From positions 1 to 34,194 of the forward strand of contig CAYFFZ010000003.1 of assembly GCA_964342655.1 (NCBI GenBank): a DNA stretch of 34,194 bases, written 5' to 3'. The notes beneath the pieces were generated by a model. It searched no databases. It saw nothing but the letters and a program-made list of their open reading frames with translations, and was not told where the DNA came from. Position numbers and translations under genes: made by a program. This DNA comes from an uncultured Nitrososphaerales archaeon. GTDB lineage: Archaea > Thermoproteota > Nitrososphaeria > Conexivisphaerales > UBA164. Positions 8,378-17,761 of the stretch are shown here, piece by piece (position 1 is the stretch's first letter; the number at the start of each line of letters is the position of its first letter).

Positions 8378-8590
8378 GCCGTATTTTGCTTAATTTGCTT
8401 CATATCTTTATCGCTAAAAATATAGTGATGGCGAATAACGAATACAAAATTCATCTAGATTTTTTGCAGTTCGGGCTTGGGCGCAACCGTATTGGGGATT
8501 TTCTTTTTCTTAGGATCATAATCCAATTTTAGAAGTTTATTTGCAAATAGAGTGTACAAGCATTAATATATCATTATATATAATATTATT

Positions 8591-9196
8591 ATGTTGGAAC
8601 TTTCGATAGCCATACTAGCTGGCGGAAAGGGTTCAAGGATGGGTTCAGATAAGGCATTTTTGAAAGTTAACGGCTTGCCTTTTTTAAGGGTTATCTACGA
8701 TAGAATTTCAGGACTTTCCGATGACATCATGATAATTATAGGAAACAAGGAAGATAAAGAGTTTAAAAACTCGCTTCCTATTCAGACAAGGATTTTAAAA
8801 GACTCGGTTTATACTATGAGCCCAGTTGGTGGTCTGTTAACAGCTGCGCAAAGTTCGAGACATCAATACTTTGCAGTTTTGGCTGTAGACATGCCTCTTA
8901 TAAACCCTAAAGTTATTGAGATGCTTTATTTTAAGGCTCAAAATCATTCGGCAGCTTTGCCAGTCCTTAAAGACGGAACACTGGAAGTTCTATGCGCGGT
9001 CTATAATAAAGCAGATTTAAAAGAAATAAAACCAAATTCTGTAACATCTGTAAAAGAACTCGTAAGGAAGCTGCCAGATCCTATTTTTATTGATGCGGAG
9101 AAATTTATTGATGTTGATCCTGGCCTTGATAGTTTTTTTAATGTCAATACAAAAGAAGACCTGAAAGTTTTGATGAAAAAGCTGCAATTGGTTTAA
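8591..9196 (+). CDS. mobA: Molybdenum cofactor guanylyltransferase
   Basis: ILAGGKGSRMGSDKA, AVDMP, LCAVY, FFNVNT.ED. Confidence 0.93.
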   Translation: MLELSIAILAGGKGSRMGSDKAFLKVNGLPFLRVIYDRISGLSDDIMIIIGNKEDKEFKNSLPIQTRILKDSVYTMSPVGGLLTAAQSSRHQYFAVLAVDMPLINPKVIEMLYFKAQNHSAALPVLKDGTLEVLCAVYNKADLKEIKPNSVTSVKELVRKLPDPIFIDAEKFIDVDPGLDSFFNVNTKEDLKVLMKKLQLV

Positions 9197-9220
9197 AGAG
9201 ATAATAAATTAAAATTTATT

Positions 9221-9550
9221 TTATAAGAAATCGGAAATCCTTTTCATGTTTACCTTTGCTTTTATTATTGGATTATAAGCTCCGGCACCCAGCTTTATTA
9301 TCAGGCCCTTTGAATCTGAAATTGATATGCCGATACCTATTTTGTTCAATTTTTCAGATATTTCTCCTAGCTTTGTTATGTTTTTTATACTCAAGCCTGT
9401 TTTTTTAAGGATTTTGCTAAACAACTCTTTTTCAAAAATAAAAAAAGATATTTTATTTTTGTTAAAATGTACAGTAGCAAAGGCTTTATCGTTTATCTTT
9501 ACTTTAATTGTGCCGTATACTTCAAGCTTTTCAAGCGTGTTCTTTTTCAA
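9221..9550 (-). CDS. Hypothetical protein (Lys-rich)
   Basis: 109-aa ORF overlapping the upstream small ORF; no recognised motif. Confidence 0.6.
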   Translation of the reverse strand: MKKNTLEKLEVYGTIKVKINDKAFATVHFNKNKISFFIFEKELFSKILKKTGLSIKNITKLGEISEKLNKIGIGISISDSKGLIIKLGAGAYNPIIKAKVNMKRISDFL

Positions 9551-9722
9551 CTTTTTCGGACTGTAACGGATAAGCCGTAAACGTTATTTTTCCAGTTATA
9601 ATTATAGCTGTGCTCGTTCCTTGAATCTTTACACTAAGATTGTCAAAAGTTATTTCGGCCGTGCTTTTTGTACCTTCTATAGCCTTTATTATGCTACTTA
9701 TCCATGATTCTTCTTCGCTCAT
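9531..9722 (-). CDS. Small hypothetical protein
   Basis: ATG at 9722 (MSEEESW...) with a TTTATAA TATA-like element about 25-30 nt upstream; predicted helix plus three beta strands. Confidence 0.6.
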   Translation of the reverse strand: MSEEESWISSIIKAIEGTKSTAEITFDNLSVKIQGTSTAIIITGKITFTAYPLQSEKVEKEHA

Positions 9723-9767
9723 ATTATATTTTTGATTTAACAAAGTTATAAATGTATCGAATGAGTA

Positions 9768-10901
9768 TTAAGGCGAGCCCTTCCAAAAAAGCTGCACGGT
9801 TATCCTTTCCCCTTTTCTGTATTCTCTGTTTCTTTCTAAGTAACCAAAAGCATCTGCTTTAGCCAGCTCACTGTAAAGGCCTGTCCCCCACCTTAGAGGA
9901 TAAGCTTTGCTGTCATCGAGCTTAAAGAGGAAAGTCGCATTCATGCTGTGCTTCACATCTACATCTTCTCCAAGTTCAACGTCCTTGTACTTTCTTAGCT
10001 CAACGCCTATCATCTTTGAAACAACGTGAAGCCCTTCAGCGTTGAATACTGTTGCTGCAGAAACTATCCTTCCTGGTAGCGCTATAACAGGCTTCCCGTT
10101 AACTATACCAAGGCCTCCCCTCTTTATGACATTGGTCTGAACACCTTCGTAAAGTAGCTGTCCAACTTCAGAAATAGCCTTCTTGGTATAATCTTTTTTG
10201 CCCACAGAAGAGCCTCCAATTGTGAAGATTAAATCGCAATCCTTAGAAAACTCGTTAAGCGCTTGCTTTATCTTTTCCTTATCGTCCCCTATCAGCGTGT
10301 ATTTCTTTTCAGCAAACGGTAGGAGGTTCATTATCATGGGAGCTATAGCATCCCTTATACCATTATCATGATTATAAGGCACAAGCTCATCGCCTATTGA
10401 TACTAATCCAGCGCATATTTCAAATACCTTTACCGATTTTATGCCTGCTGCTATAAATAAAGGAACATGATAAGGCGAAACAAAGCTTCCTTTTCTAAGA
10501 AGCGCTACTCCAGCTTTTATATCTTCTCCAGCCCTCTCTACATCTTTCCACGGTTTTGGCCCCCTTGCAGGATAAAGTTTGTTGTCAACAACCCTTGCTT
10601 CTTCTATCCTGATTATCGAGTTAGCTCCTACAGGAAGCTTCATGCCAGTCATAACATAAGATGCCTGTCCTTTTTTGAGCTCATTCGAGCTTACTATTTC
10701 ATAGCTTTCTCCTTCATGGATGCTTACAGCGTAACCATCTTGGGCAGCTATATTTTCCTGCGGTATATCGTTCTGGCTCAAAACATCCTCAGCAACTATC
10801 ATGTTGACGGAATTAATAACATCGACATCCTTCGTCTTTAAGGGCTGTAACTTTAAGCCCTCTATTATCTTCTCGACTTCTTCGTACTTGATGAGAGGCA
10901 T
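9768..10901 (-). CDS. moeA: Molybdopterin molybdenum/tungsten transferase
   Basis: AAQDGYAV, VMTG..LP.GA.SIIRIE, GEDIKAG, SIGDEL, GGSSVGKKDYT, ALPG. Confidence 0.92.
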   Translation of the reverse strand: MPLIKYEEVEKIIEGLKLQPLKTKDVDVINSVNMIVAEDVLSQNDIPQENIAAQDGYAVSIHEGESYEIVSSNELKKGQASYVMTGMKLPVGANSIIRIEEARVVDNKLYPARGPKPWKDVERAGEDIKAGVALLRKGSFVSPYHVPLFIAAGIKSVKVFEICAGLVSIGDELVPYNHDNGIRDAIAPMIMNLLPFAEKKYTLIGDDKEKIKQALNEFSKDCDLIFTIGGSSVGKKDYTKKAISEVGQLLYEGVQTNVIKRGGLGIVNGKPVIALPGRIVSAATVFNAEGLHVVSKMIGVELRKYKDVELGEDVDVKHSMNATFLFKLDDSKAYPLRWGTGLYSELAKADAFGYLERNREYRKGERITVQLFWKGSP

Positions 10902-11087
10902 AACTTATATGACGGAATATAGTTTATATGTATAATGTAAGATCCAATTAAATTTTATACTCCAGCTTATCTTAAGCATACAAATGTAAAACTGTTTTAT
11001 TAAAAAATAAAACACTCGCCTTTATAAATGAGTCACTAGCAACGTTTATTAACGCGTTGTGCAAACTTCTGATTAAGGTGAACATGT

Positions 11088-11363
11088 GTGATAGGTAGCG
11101 CCACCGATATAATAATAGTGATAATAGTAGCCGTAGTCCTTCTAGCTGGAACTAGCAAGATACCTGAAATATTTAGATCTATGGGAAGGGCGAAAGGCGA
11201 GTTCAAGAAGGGCGAACTGGAAGCAGAGATGGAGCTCAAACAGATGACTCAGGCAAATTCTACTCAATCTAAAGAGCAGAAGGTTGAAGAGCTCCAGAAG
11301 CAGATAGCTGAGCTTCAGAAGCAGTTAGAAGAACTGAAGAAAGAAGAAAAGACAACGAGCTAA
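11088..11363 (+). CDS. tatA: Twin-arginine translocase TatA with a coiled-coil tail
   Basis: Single TM helix, G..KIPEIFRSMGRA.GEFKKG amphipathic helix. Confidence 0.92.
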   Translation: MIGSATDIIIVIIVAVVLLAGTSKIPEIFRSMGRAKGEFKKGELEAEMELKQMTQANSTQSKEQKVEELQKQIAELQKQLEELKKEEKTTS

Positions 11364-11364
11364 A

Positions 11365-11685
11365 ATGCTCGGAAGCCTTACCGATACCCTCATACTTGTT
11401 TTTGTAGCTATTTTGCTGTTAGGCGGAGAAGGGGATCTTTCCGGCACGTTCAGAAAGTTTGGCAAATGGTGGGGCGAGCTAAAGAGATCTGAAGAAGAGT
11501 TCAGAAAGGAGATAACAAAAGAGCTTTCCGACATGGACATGAACTATTCTTTCACAGATAACAGCACAGCAAGCAGAAGCTATACAAACAGCAACAACGA
11601 CATAAGGGTTAAGGAATTGGAAAGACAGGTAAGGGAATTGCAGGAAGAAGTAAAAAGGTTAAAGAAAGAAAATGGAGAGAACTGA
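11365..11685 (+). CDS. Second TatA/TatB-family subunit
   Basis: TM helix, LLGG..DL....RKFGK.WGELK, coiled-coil tail; lies between tatA and tatC. Confidence 0.8.
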   Translation: MLGSLTDTLILVFVAILLLGGEGDLSGTFRKFGKWWGELKRSEEEFRKEITKELSDMDMNYSFTDNSTASRSYTNSNNDIRVKELERQVRELQEEVKRLKKENGEN

Positions 11686-12490
11686 GCTGGAAAACAACGA
11701 AAGACCATTAATCTCTCACATAACTGAGCTTCTAAGAAGGCTAAGGACGATATTGGTTGTTCTGGCCTTGGTATTTTTTGTATCATTTGCTTTCGGCATA
11801 AGGATGGTCGAGTATGCAGGGTACACAATACCTGTGCCCTATCCGAGCATATATTCAAGCATATCAGACTATGTCATAAAGGCATTCATATACAACGAGC
11901 TGCCAAAGGGAATGATACTTATAAACGTGAACACATTCGACCCTCTTTTCGCTTCGTTTTATGTATCTTTCTTTCTTTCTCTTTTTATAGCCGTTCCAAT
12001 AGCCATCTATGAGCTGTGGGCCTTTGTAGCCCCAGGTCTTTACAAGCACGAAAAGAAGCTGATAAAGCTCGCGGTGTTTCCTGCTGGAGCGCTTTTTGCC
12101 GCAGGCGCTTCTTTTGCCTATTTTATAATTGTTCCTTTCATGCTTAGGTTCGTTGTCATATACGCAAAGGTTCTCGGTATAATGCCAACGCTGAGCGTGA
12201 GGGCTTTTATAAACACGGTAATATCTCTTATGATGGCAACCGGCATAGCTTTTGAGTATCCAATGGCGATGGCAGTGCTGACTTTCATGGGTATAGTTTC
12301 AGCAAAGAGCTGGAAGAGCGGATGGAGGTGGGGAATAATAGGCGCGTTCATAATAGCCTGGATAATTTCGCCAGGAACCACAGGAGGGATAATAGAGACT
12401 ACAATAGGAATAATACTTTCTGGGCTTTACTTTGTTGGTGTTGCTGCAGCCTACATTATTGAAAGAAGATTAAAGAGAAACAAAAAGTGA
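11672..12490 (+). CDS. tatC: Twin-arginine translocase TatC
   Basis: PLISHITEL.RRL, YELWAFVAPGLYKHEK, LF.AG..FAY, GIAFEYP; about 6 TM helices. Confidence 0.95.
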   Translation: MERTELENNERPLISHITELLRRLRTILVVLALVFFVSFAFGIRMVEYAGYTIPVPYPSIYSSISDYVIKAFIYNELPKGMILINVNTFDPLFASFYVSFFLSLFIAVPIAIYELWAFVAPGLYKHEKKLIKLAVFPAGALFAAGASFAYFIIVPFMLRFVVIYAKVLGIMPTLSVRAFINTVISLMMATGIAFEYPMAMAVLTFMGIVSAKSWKSGWRWGIIGAFIIAWIISPGTTGGIIETTIGIILSGLYFVGVAAAYIIERRLKRNKK

Positions 12491-12539
12491 GTATTTAAAA
12501 ATAGCTTAAAATATTGCGTTTTGTATTTAAACCTAAGAA

Positions 12540-12923
12540 ATGTCGAGAGAAAAGACAGAATACACTGTTTACATGCCAAAGGATCTTAAGGAAAGCGTCA
12601 TTGAATATGCCAAAGAAAATTTTCCTAATGAAATAATACTTTTGCTTAAAGGCAGACTCGAGAAAGAATCGGCACGCGTTGAATCATTTGTCATACCCCC
12701 CATGGCCCGGGGCGGAAGGACAAGGGCTATCTTTAACATGAACCTTCTACCTCCTGACAGAAGCATAATAGGTTCTATTCATTCACATCCAAGCGGTGTA
12801 GCTCTCCCATCAAAAGAGGACCTTTTATATGGTATGGGTCCTATAATAATGATCATAGGGCTTCCATCTGAAATTAGAGCTTTCGATAAAAATGGAAGAG
12901 AGCTAAAGGTTAGATTTACTTAA
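12540..12923 (+). CDS. JAMM/MPN+ metallo-isopeptidase (Mov34 family)
   Basis: FPNE...HSHPSGVALPSKED matches E-xn-HxH-x7-S-x2-D. Confidence 0.9.
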   Translation: MSREKTEYTVYMPKDLKESVIEYAKENFPNEIILLLKGRLEKESARVESFVIPPMARGGRTRAIFNMNLLPPDRSIIGSIHSHPSGVALPSKEDLLYGMGPIIMIIGLPSEIRAFDKNGRELKVRFT

Positions 12924-13506
12924 GGCTTAGCTGATATTCACTGATGTCTATGTATTCTGAGAAAGGCTGTAGCTTTTCGTGAGATGTCATGATTATTATC
13001 TTTTCTTTTGTTTGATCTATTACAGATTTTACAAGAATTGAATTTTCTTCTGAAACAAAAGCAAAAGGCTCATCCAAAAGGATAACTGTGGACTTACTAC
13101 CTATGGCCATGGAGACCTGAATAAGTTTTTTAATGCCGTCGCTAAGCCTGTAAGCTTTTTGAAAGAATACGTTTTTTAAGCCTATACTTTCAGCTATCTC
13201 AACAGCTCTTTCACCTGAAATCTTAAGATTTTCAAGCGCAGTTATGCTGTTTATGAGCGATGGTTTTGCAGGAGCATAAGTTATCCCCCTTTTATCAAGA
13301 GATTCAGAAGTAACCAATCTATTGTCAAGCAGTATTTCTCCTGAATGCTTCATTATTCCTGCGATTGCTAAAAGGAGCGTCGTCTTCCCGTATCCGTTGG
13401 GCCCATATACGAGAACCTTTTCGTCTTCTCTAAATATTTTGTTAAATATACCTATAACTAGGTTCCCCCTCGTTATTGTCAAATTCCTGAGTTCAAGAGT
13501 GTGCAT
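12916..13506 (-). CDS. wtpC: Tungstate/molybdate ABC transporter ATPase (short, no TOBE domain)
   Basis: GPNGYGKT Walker A, LSDG signature, ILLDEP, SH switch; in an operon with wtpAB. Confidence 0.75.
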   Translation of the reverse strand: MHTLELRNLTITRGNLVIGIFNKIFREDEKVLVYGPNGYGKTTLLLAIAGIMKHSGEILLDNRLVTSESLDKRGITYAPAKPSLINSITALENLKISGERAVEIAESIGLKNVFFQKAYRLSDGIKKLIQVSMAIGSKSTVILLDEPFAFVSEENSILVKSVIDQTKEKIIIMTSHEKLQPFSEYIDISEYQLSLK

Positions 13507-14281
13507 TTTTTCTTGTTAAAACATAGATGAAGAAAGATATAAACAATGAGATTGTAAGAAGGGCAGATGCATAACCTAGAGCTGAAGCTAGGCCATAAAC
13601 ATCGTATCTGTACCATATAAAAACAGTGGCGGGCATAACGTATTGAAATATTGGGAGCAACGTGACGCTGTAAGCTATTATTATTATTGAGCCGAACTCG
13701 CTTATTGCCCTTCCTAACGAAAGCAATGCTATCCTAATAATACTTCCTGAAAATTCTGGGAGAATGACCCTATGAAAGATAAAATACATGTCCTTTCCAA
13801 GGCTTTGTATAAAGTATTCGAGTTCAGGATCGGCTTTGTCAAAAGCCTCCTTTATAGACATAATGTATATAGGCGAAGAAACGTAAAACATTGCAAGCGA
13901 TAAGCCAAACATATCATCTACAGGGTTTATGTACCTTAAAAGAGGAAAAAATGGAGAAGATGGGGAAAAAGTAAGAAGTAGCATTATCCCTACTACAGTG
14001 TGGGGGATAGAAACGGGGGAAAGGAACACATCATAAAAAGCGGATTCTAGGTTTACTATCTTTCTGGATAAAGCGTACGCAACAGGAGTACCAAGGAAGA
14101 CGTTTATCATGGTAGCAATTGTAGCTCCCATAAAAGTTACACCAAGAGATTCAAGGAATTGAACATTATCAAAAGCTGAGGTTAGCCCCGTAAAACCCGC
14201 TTCGTAATAAAGAACTATCATGGGCAGGATTATCAGAAGCATCATCAAGTAAGTAAGTGAGATAAAGAGTTTTTCATTCAT
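13493..14281 (-). CDS. wtpB: Tungstate/molybdate ABC transporter permease
   Basis: GTPVAYALSR, IPHTVVGIMLL, FYVSSP, RAISEFGS. Confidence 0.88.
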   Translation of the reverse strand: MNEKLFISLTYLMMLLIILPMIVLYYEAGFTGLTSAFDNVQFLESLGVTFMGATIATMINVFLGTPVAYALSRKIVNLESAFYDVFLSPVSIPHTVVGIMLLLTFSPSSPFFPLLRYINPVDDMFGLSLAMFYVSSPIYIMSIKEAFDKADPELEYFIQSLGKDMYFIFHRVILPEFSGSIIRIALLSLGRAISEFGSIIIIAYSVTLLPIFQYVMPATVFIWYRYDVYGLASALGYASALLTISLFISFFIYVLTRKNAHS

Positions 14282-15317
14282 ATGTCAGCACACTTGTGTT
14301 GATAAAAGATCTTAACGGTTCTGGAGCCGCTTCTGGGTTACCGTAAAATATTGCTGTGCTAAGCGGTTTGACCCCGTAGCTTTTAAGCACCTTTTTTCCC
14401 TGAGGAGATATTAAGAACAGAGCTATGGCAGAAGCAAGCTGTTTGTTTGGGTATGAATTTGGTATCGTTATCGAAACATAAATAGGGGCCCCTTGTAGTG
14501 TTACCATTCTGCCTTCGGATATAATTGTAACTTTGGCTTCAGAATAAAATGAAGAGTAATTTGCAGATCCGAGATTTACCTGAGGCGGAAGCAGGATGTA
14601 CGGGATCTTATGAGAAACAGCAGAAGAGAGGTAGAGCGCTATATCATAGTAAATCTTTCCAGACTGAAGATAGGCAAACAATTCTGAGCCCATCGGAACC
14701 TCCGTAATTCTACCAGACTCATTTAACTGTTTGAGCTCGTTGAGGTAATAATTCTCATTTTCTTTTACAAAGAGGGATGAAAGTTGTAACATCATTAATG
14801 CCCTATAACCCTCAGGATCTGTGTTTGGGTTAGAAGTTCCGATCTCCGAATTATTCGAGAGCACTATGCTAAGTATTTTTGAAAAGTAAAACCTTTCAGA
14901 AGAAACGTTACCTGAAGCAATAGCTGAGTAAAGACTTGTGTTAAGCTGCTTTAATTGGGAAAAATAAGGCGAATACCTCGAGACCCCTATGACCATCTGA
15001 TCTGAAGCAAGAGCAATATACCATGAGCTTATGTTATTTGGGTAAAGAAGATCCTCTATAACAGCGGGATCTACTGAGAGGAAAAGAGCGTATCGCGAAG
15101 GAGCAAGCAGAACGTTTTGAGCTGCAGCGACTGAGCCCATAGAAACCACGGATCCGCTTAAGTTCATTTCCTTTAGAGTTTTCGTAAGAACTGGCGTATA
15201 AAGTGAAGCTGATATAAGGTAAACCCCTTGAGCAGGTCTACTTGCACCGAGGTTATATGAGATCAAAGATGCGGCCAATACTATGAATAAGAAAATCACC
15301 GCTTCTAACGCTTTCAT
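14274..15317 (-). CDS. wtpA: Tungstate/molybdate-binding protein (WtpA/archaeal ModA type)
   Basis: SASL, GSV, SVD, SNPNTDPEGYRA, Y.SSA, LP.QVNLG, G.PIY..ITIP; N-terminal membrane anchor. Confidence 0.85.
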   Translation of the reverse strand: MKALEAVIFLFIVLAASLISYNLGASRPAQGVYLISASLYTPVLTKTLKEMNLSGSVVSMGSVAAAQNVLLAPSRYALFLSVDPAVIEDLLYPNNISSWYIALASDQMVIGVSRYSPYFSQLKQLNTSLYSAIASGNVSSERFYFSKILSIVLSNNSEIGTSNPNTDPEGYRALMMLQLSSLFVKENENYYLNELKQLNESGRITEVPMGSELFAYLQSGKIYYDIALYLSSAVSHKIPYILLPPQVNLGSANYSSFYSEAKVTIISEGRMVTLQGAPIYVSITIPNSYPNKQLASAIALFLISPQGKKVLKSYGVKPLSTAIFYGNPEAAPEPLRSFINTSVLTYE

Positions 15318-15386
15318 GGGATTTATCTTTATAAACAGTTTTATTTAATATTTGCTAAATTTTTAACAAATACGTTTATTAAAAAA

Positions 15387-16868
15387 CTAATCGTAAAGGC
15401 TTAGCAAAAACGTAAGCACTATAAACTCAAGCATACCAGTGATTACCATAGCAATTATTGAATTAAACAACCCTAAGCCGAAAAATCTTATTAAAAAGTA
15501 AACTGCATAAGGCACAGCGACTATTATAGCCGAAACCATAAAGAAAGCTATCGTAAGCATAACAGTTGGACTGCCTCCAGACTTCAGCGTTTCCTCAAAT
15601 ATTATCCCAGTCATGGGTATGCTGGCCGCAGGTCCAAAAAATCCTATGAGGAATGGCAACATGCTCAAAATTCCAGCGTGCTTTATCAGCATGACAACGG
15701 TAAGACTGCCTTCATAAAGATAATACGTTATCAATAGCAGGAGAAGTTTTGGCAAAGCTATTTTAACCTTGCTCAATGGGAGCATCCTTAAAGCTGATGC
15801 CCCCCGCATTTCCATGGCGTAAAATGCGTAAGGTATCATTATAGAAAGGTATGCCATTTCTATCCCGAGCGTAAAGGCCAGAACATTCGAGGCTGATGAA
15901 GAAATGCCATTCATGAGTATAACCAAAAAAACTATGAGCGGACCACCTATCAACGCTCCTAACAGGGATCTGCTCGCTGCCTGAAAGTCGGCTCTCAGAA
16001 GCGCTAAAGTTTTCGAACGTATTATCTTCCATTCCTTTGAAACTTTTTTAGCAAGAACAGGAAAAAACGCAGAAGGGGGTCCGCTCACGAGTTTCCAGCT
16101 GACATCGGGGATAAGCCTGTAAACTCCATAAACAAATACAGCAATCCAGAAAAGGTTCGTTATTGCACCGTATAAGCTGTTTCCAAAGGCTGCACTAATC
16201 GGTGGTATAAAATAAAAAGAGCTTAAGCTTGAAAGGCTTAACCTATAAAGGGTTCCCGAAAGGAATATTGGTATAATGAAAACCATCGGGAGTAATGAAG
16301 CAACGCTCCTAGTAGCAACTGAAGACGCCCTAGTTCTTGATCTTCTGTATGATAGCTCAAGAGCTGCAAGTTGCAAAAGCATTCCTAGAGAAAGGCCAAT
16401 TGCAACGCTGAAGAAAATGTAAAACTCTTTAAAAACGAGGCTCATTATCAAAGATACTCCGAGAGTTCCATAAACTATATAGTCTACAGTTTTGAAAATA
16501 GCCTTGCCTACAAGCCTATGTATCTGATCAGCATCAAGTGAAGTGCTGAGAAGGAAGTCCCTTATGTTGGTTGATCCGTATATTGCATATGAAAGGGGAG
16601 TCATCATGCTGCTGACCGAAAGACCGCTCATTGCAAATGTTAGCATAGAAGCTGCAAAAACGCCGAAACCTATTTGCTTGAAGCTTGTGAATAGTGCGAA
16701 AAGAGCTATATAAAACGAAAAAATAACAGTATAAATGATCTTTGTAAATCTTACGTTTCTGATGGATCTCCTAAGGTTAGACGGTCTGAACCCGGTTTGT
16801 CTTGCCGCTATGTAGCCAGTAACGAGAAACTCTCTCGCAAGAGCGTCCTCTATGCTAACTCTTTTCAT
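15387..16868 (-). CDS. ABC exporter multi-pass permease
   Basis: About 12 hydrophobic segments; ATGA-type coupling with the upstream ATPase. Confidence 0.75.
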   Translation of the reverse strand: MKRVSIEDALAREFLVTGYIAARQTGFRPSNLRRSIRNVRFTKIIYTVIFSFYIALFALFTSFKQIGFGVFAASMLTFAMSGLSVSSMMTPLSYAIYGSTNIRDFLLSTSLDADQIHRLVGKAIFKTVDYIVYGTLGVSLIMSLVFKEFYIFFSVAIGLSLGMLLQLAALELSYRRSRTRASSVATRSVASLLPMVFIIPIFLSGTLYRLSLSSLSSFYFIPPISAAFGNSLYGAITNLFWIAVFVYGVYRLIPDVSWKLVSGPPSAFFPVLAKKVSKEWKIIRSKTLALLRADFQAASRSLLGALIGGPLIVFLVILMNGISSSASNVLAFTLGIEMAYLSIMIPYAFYAMEMRGASALRMLPLSKVKIALPKLLLLLITYYLYEGSLTVVMLIKHAGILSMLPFLIGFFGPAASIPMTGIIFEETLKSGGSPTVMLTIAFFMVSAIIVAVPYAVYFLIRFFGLGLFNSIIAMVITGMLEFIVLTFLLSLYD

Positions 16869-17605
16869 AGAGCTTCTGTTAGCTCCTTAATCTGTTCCTC
16901 TGCATGTATTGCTTTGAGGAAAGCCTCTTCAAGAGACCCCGCATGGAGCTTTTCCAGTATTTCTTGAGTTGGTCCTGAAGTTACCTCTGAACCTTTATCT
17001 ATTATAGTTATACGATCGCATATCTTTTCTGCTATTTCCATTATATGCGTTGAGAAAAGCACTGCTCCACCTTCTTTCTTGTGGTTTTGAATTATCTCCT
17101 TGAAAATTCTCGCAGATTTTACGTCAAGCGCGTTAAAAGGTTCATCTAGAATAAGCAGCTTGGGCCTGTGCATGATTGCTGCAACTATCGATACCTTCTG
17201 TTTGTTACCCTGCGAAAGGTTCATTATATAATTTCCCAGGTACTGTCTGAGCTCAAAAGCGTCTATAAGATGATCTAGCCTCTGAGTATCGTTTACATTT
17301 CTCAGAGAAGCAACCAGCTCAAGGAACTCCTTGACTGTAAGCGATTCAAGAAGTGCAGGACTTTCCATGACAGCCCCTATGTTGTTCATGAGTTCTCCTT
17401 TGGGTCTTCCCTTGCCAAGAAGGTCGATAGACCCCTGATAATCTACAATGTTCATTATAGCCCTAATAGTTGAAGTTTTGCCAGCACCGTTAGGACCCAA
17501 AAGCCCAAAAACTTCTCCTTCGTTTATGATAAACGATAAACCGTTTACAGCCACTTTATCTCCGTACTTAACAACAAGCCTATCAACTTTTAAAACATAG
17601 CTCAA
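16865..17605 (-). CDS. ABC transporter ATP-binding protein (CcmA/drug-export type)
   Basis: GPNGAGKT, LSQG, LILDEP, STH. TTG at 17605 after AGGTG preferred over GTG 17614. Confidence 0.92.
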   Translation of the reverse strand: MSYVLKVDRLVVKYGDKVAVNGLSFIINEGEVFGLLGPNGAGKTSTIRAIMNIVDYQGSIDLLGKGRPKGELMNNIGAVMESPALLESLTVKEFLELVASLRNVNDTQRLDHLIDAFELRQYLGNYIMNLSQGNKQKVSIVAAIMHRPKLLILDEPFNALDVKSARIFKEIIQNHKKEGGAVLFSTHIMEIAEKICDRITIIDKGSEVTSGPTQEILEKLHAGSLEEAFLKAIHAEEQIKELTEAL

Positions 17606-17761
17606 TCCTTGCACCTTTTATTAAAAACTTAAACTGAGTAAATAAGATTTACGTAGAAAATGCAGATGTTGGCTTAAAAATTCTGACGTTTATTATGCAA
17701 TTGAATCTGTAGAAGATCAGTTTTATAAATACCAGCAATAAAAAGTCATTTGGTATTTAAA

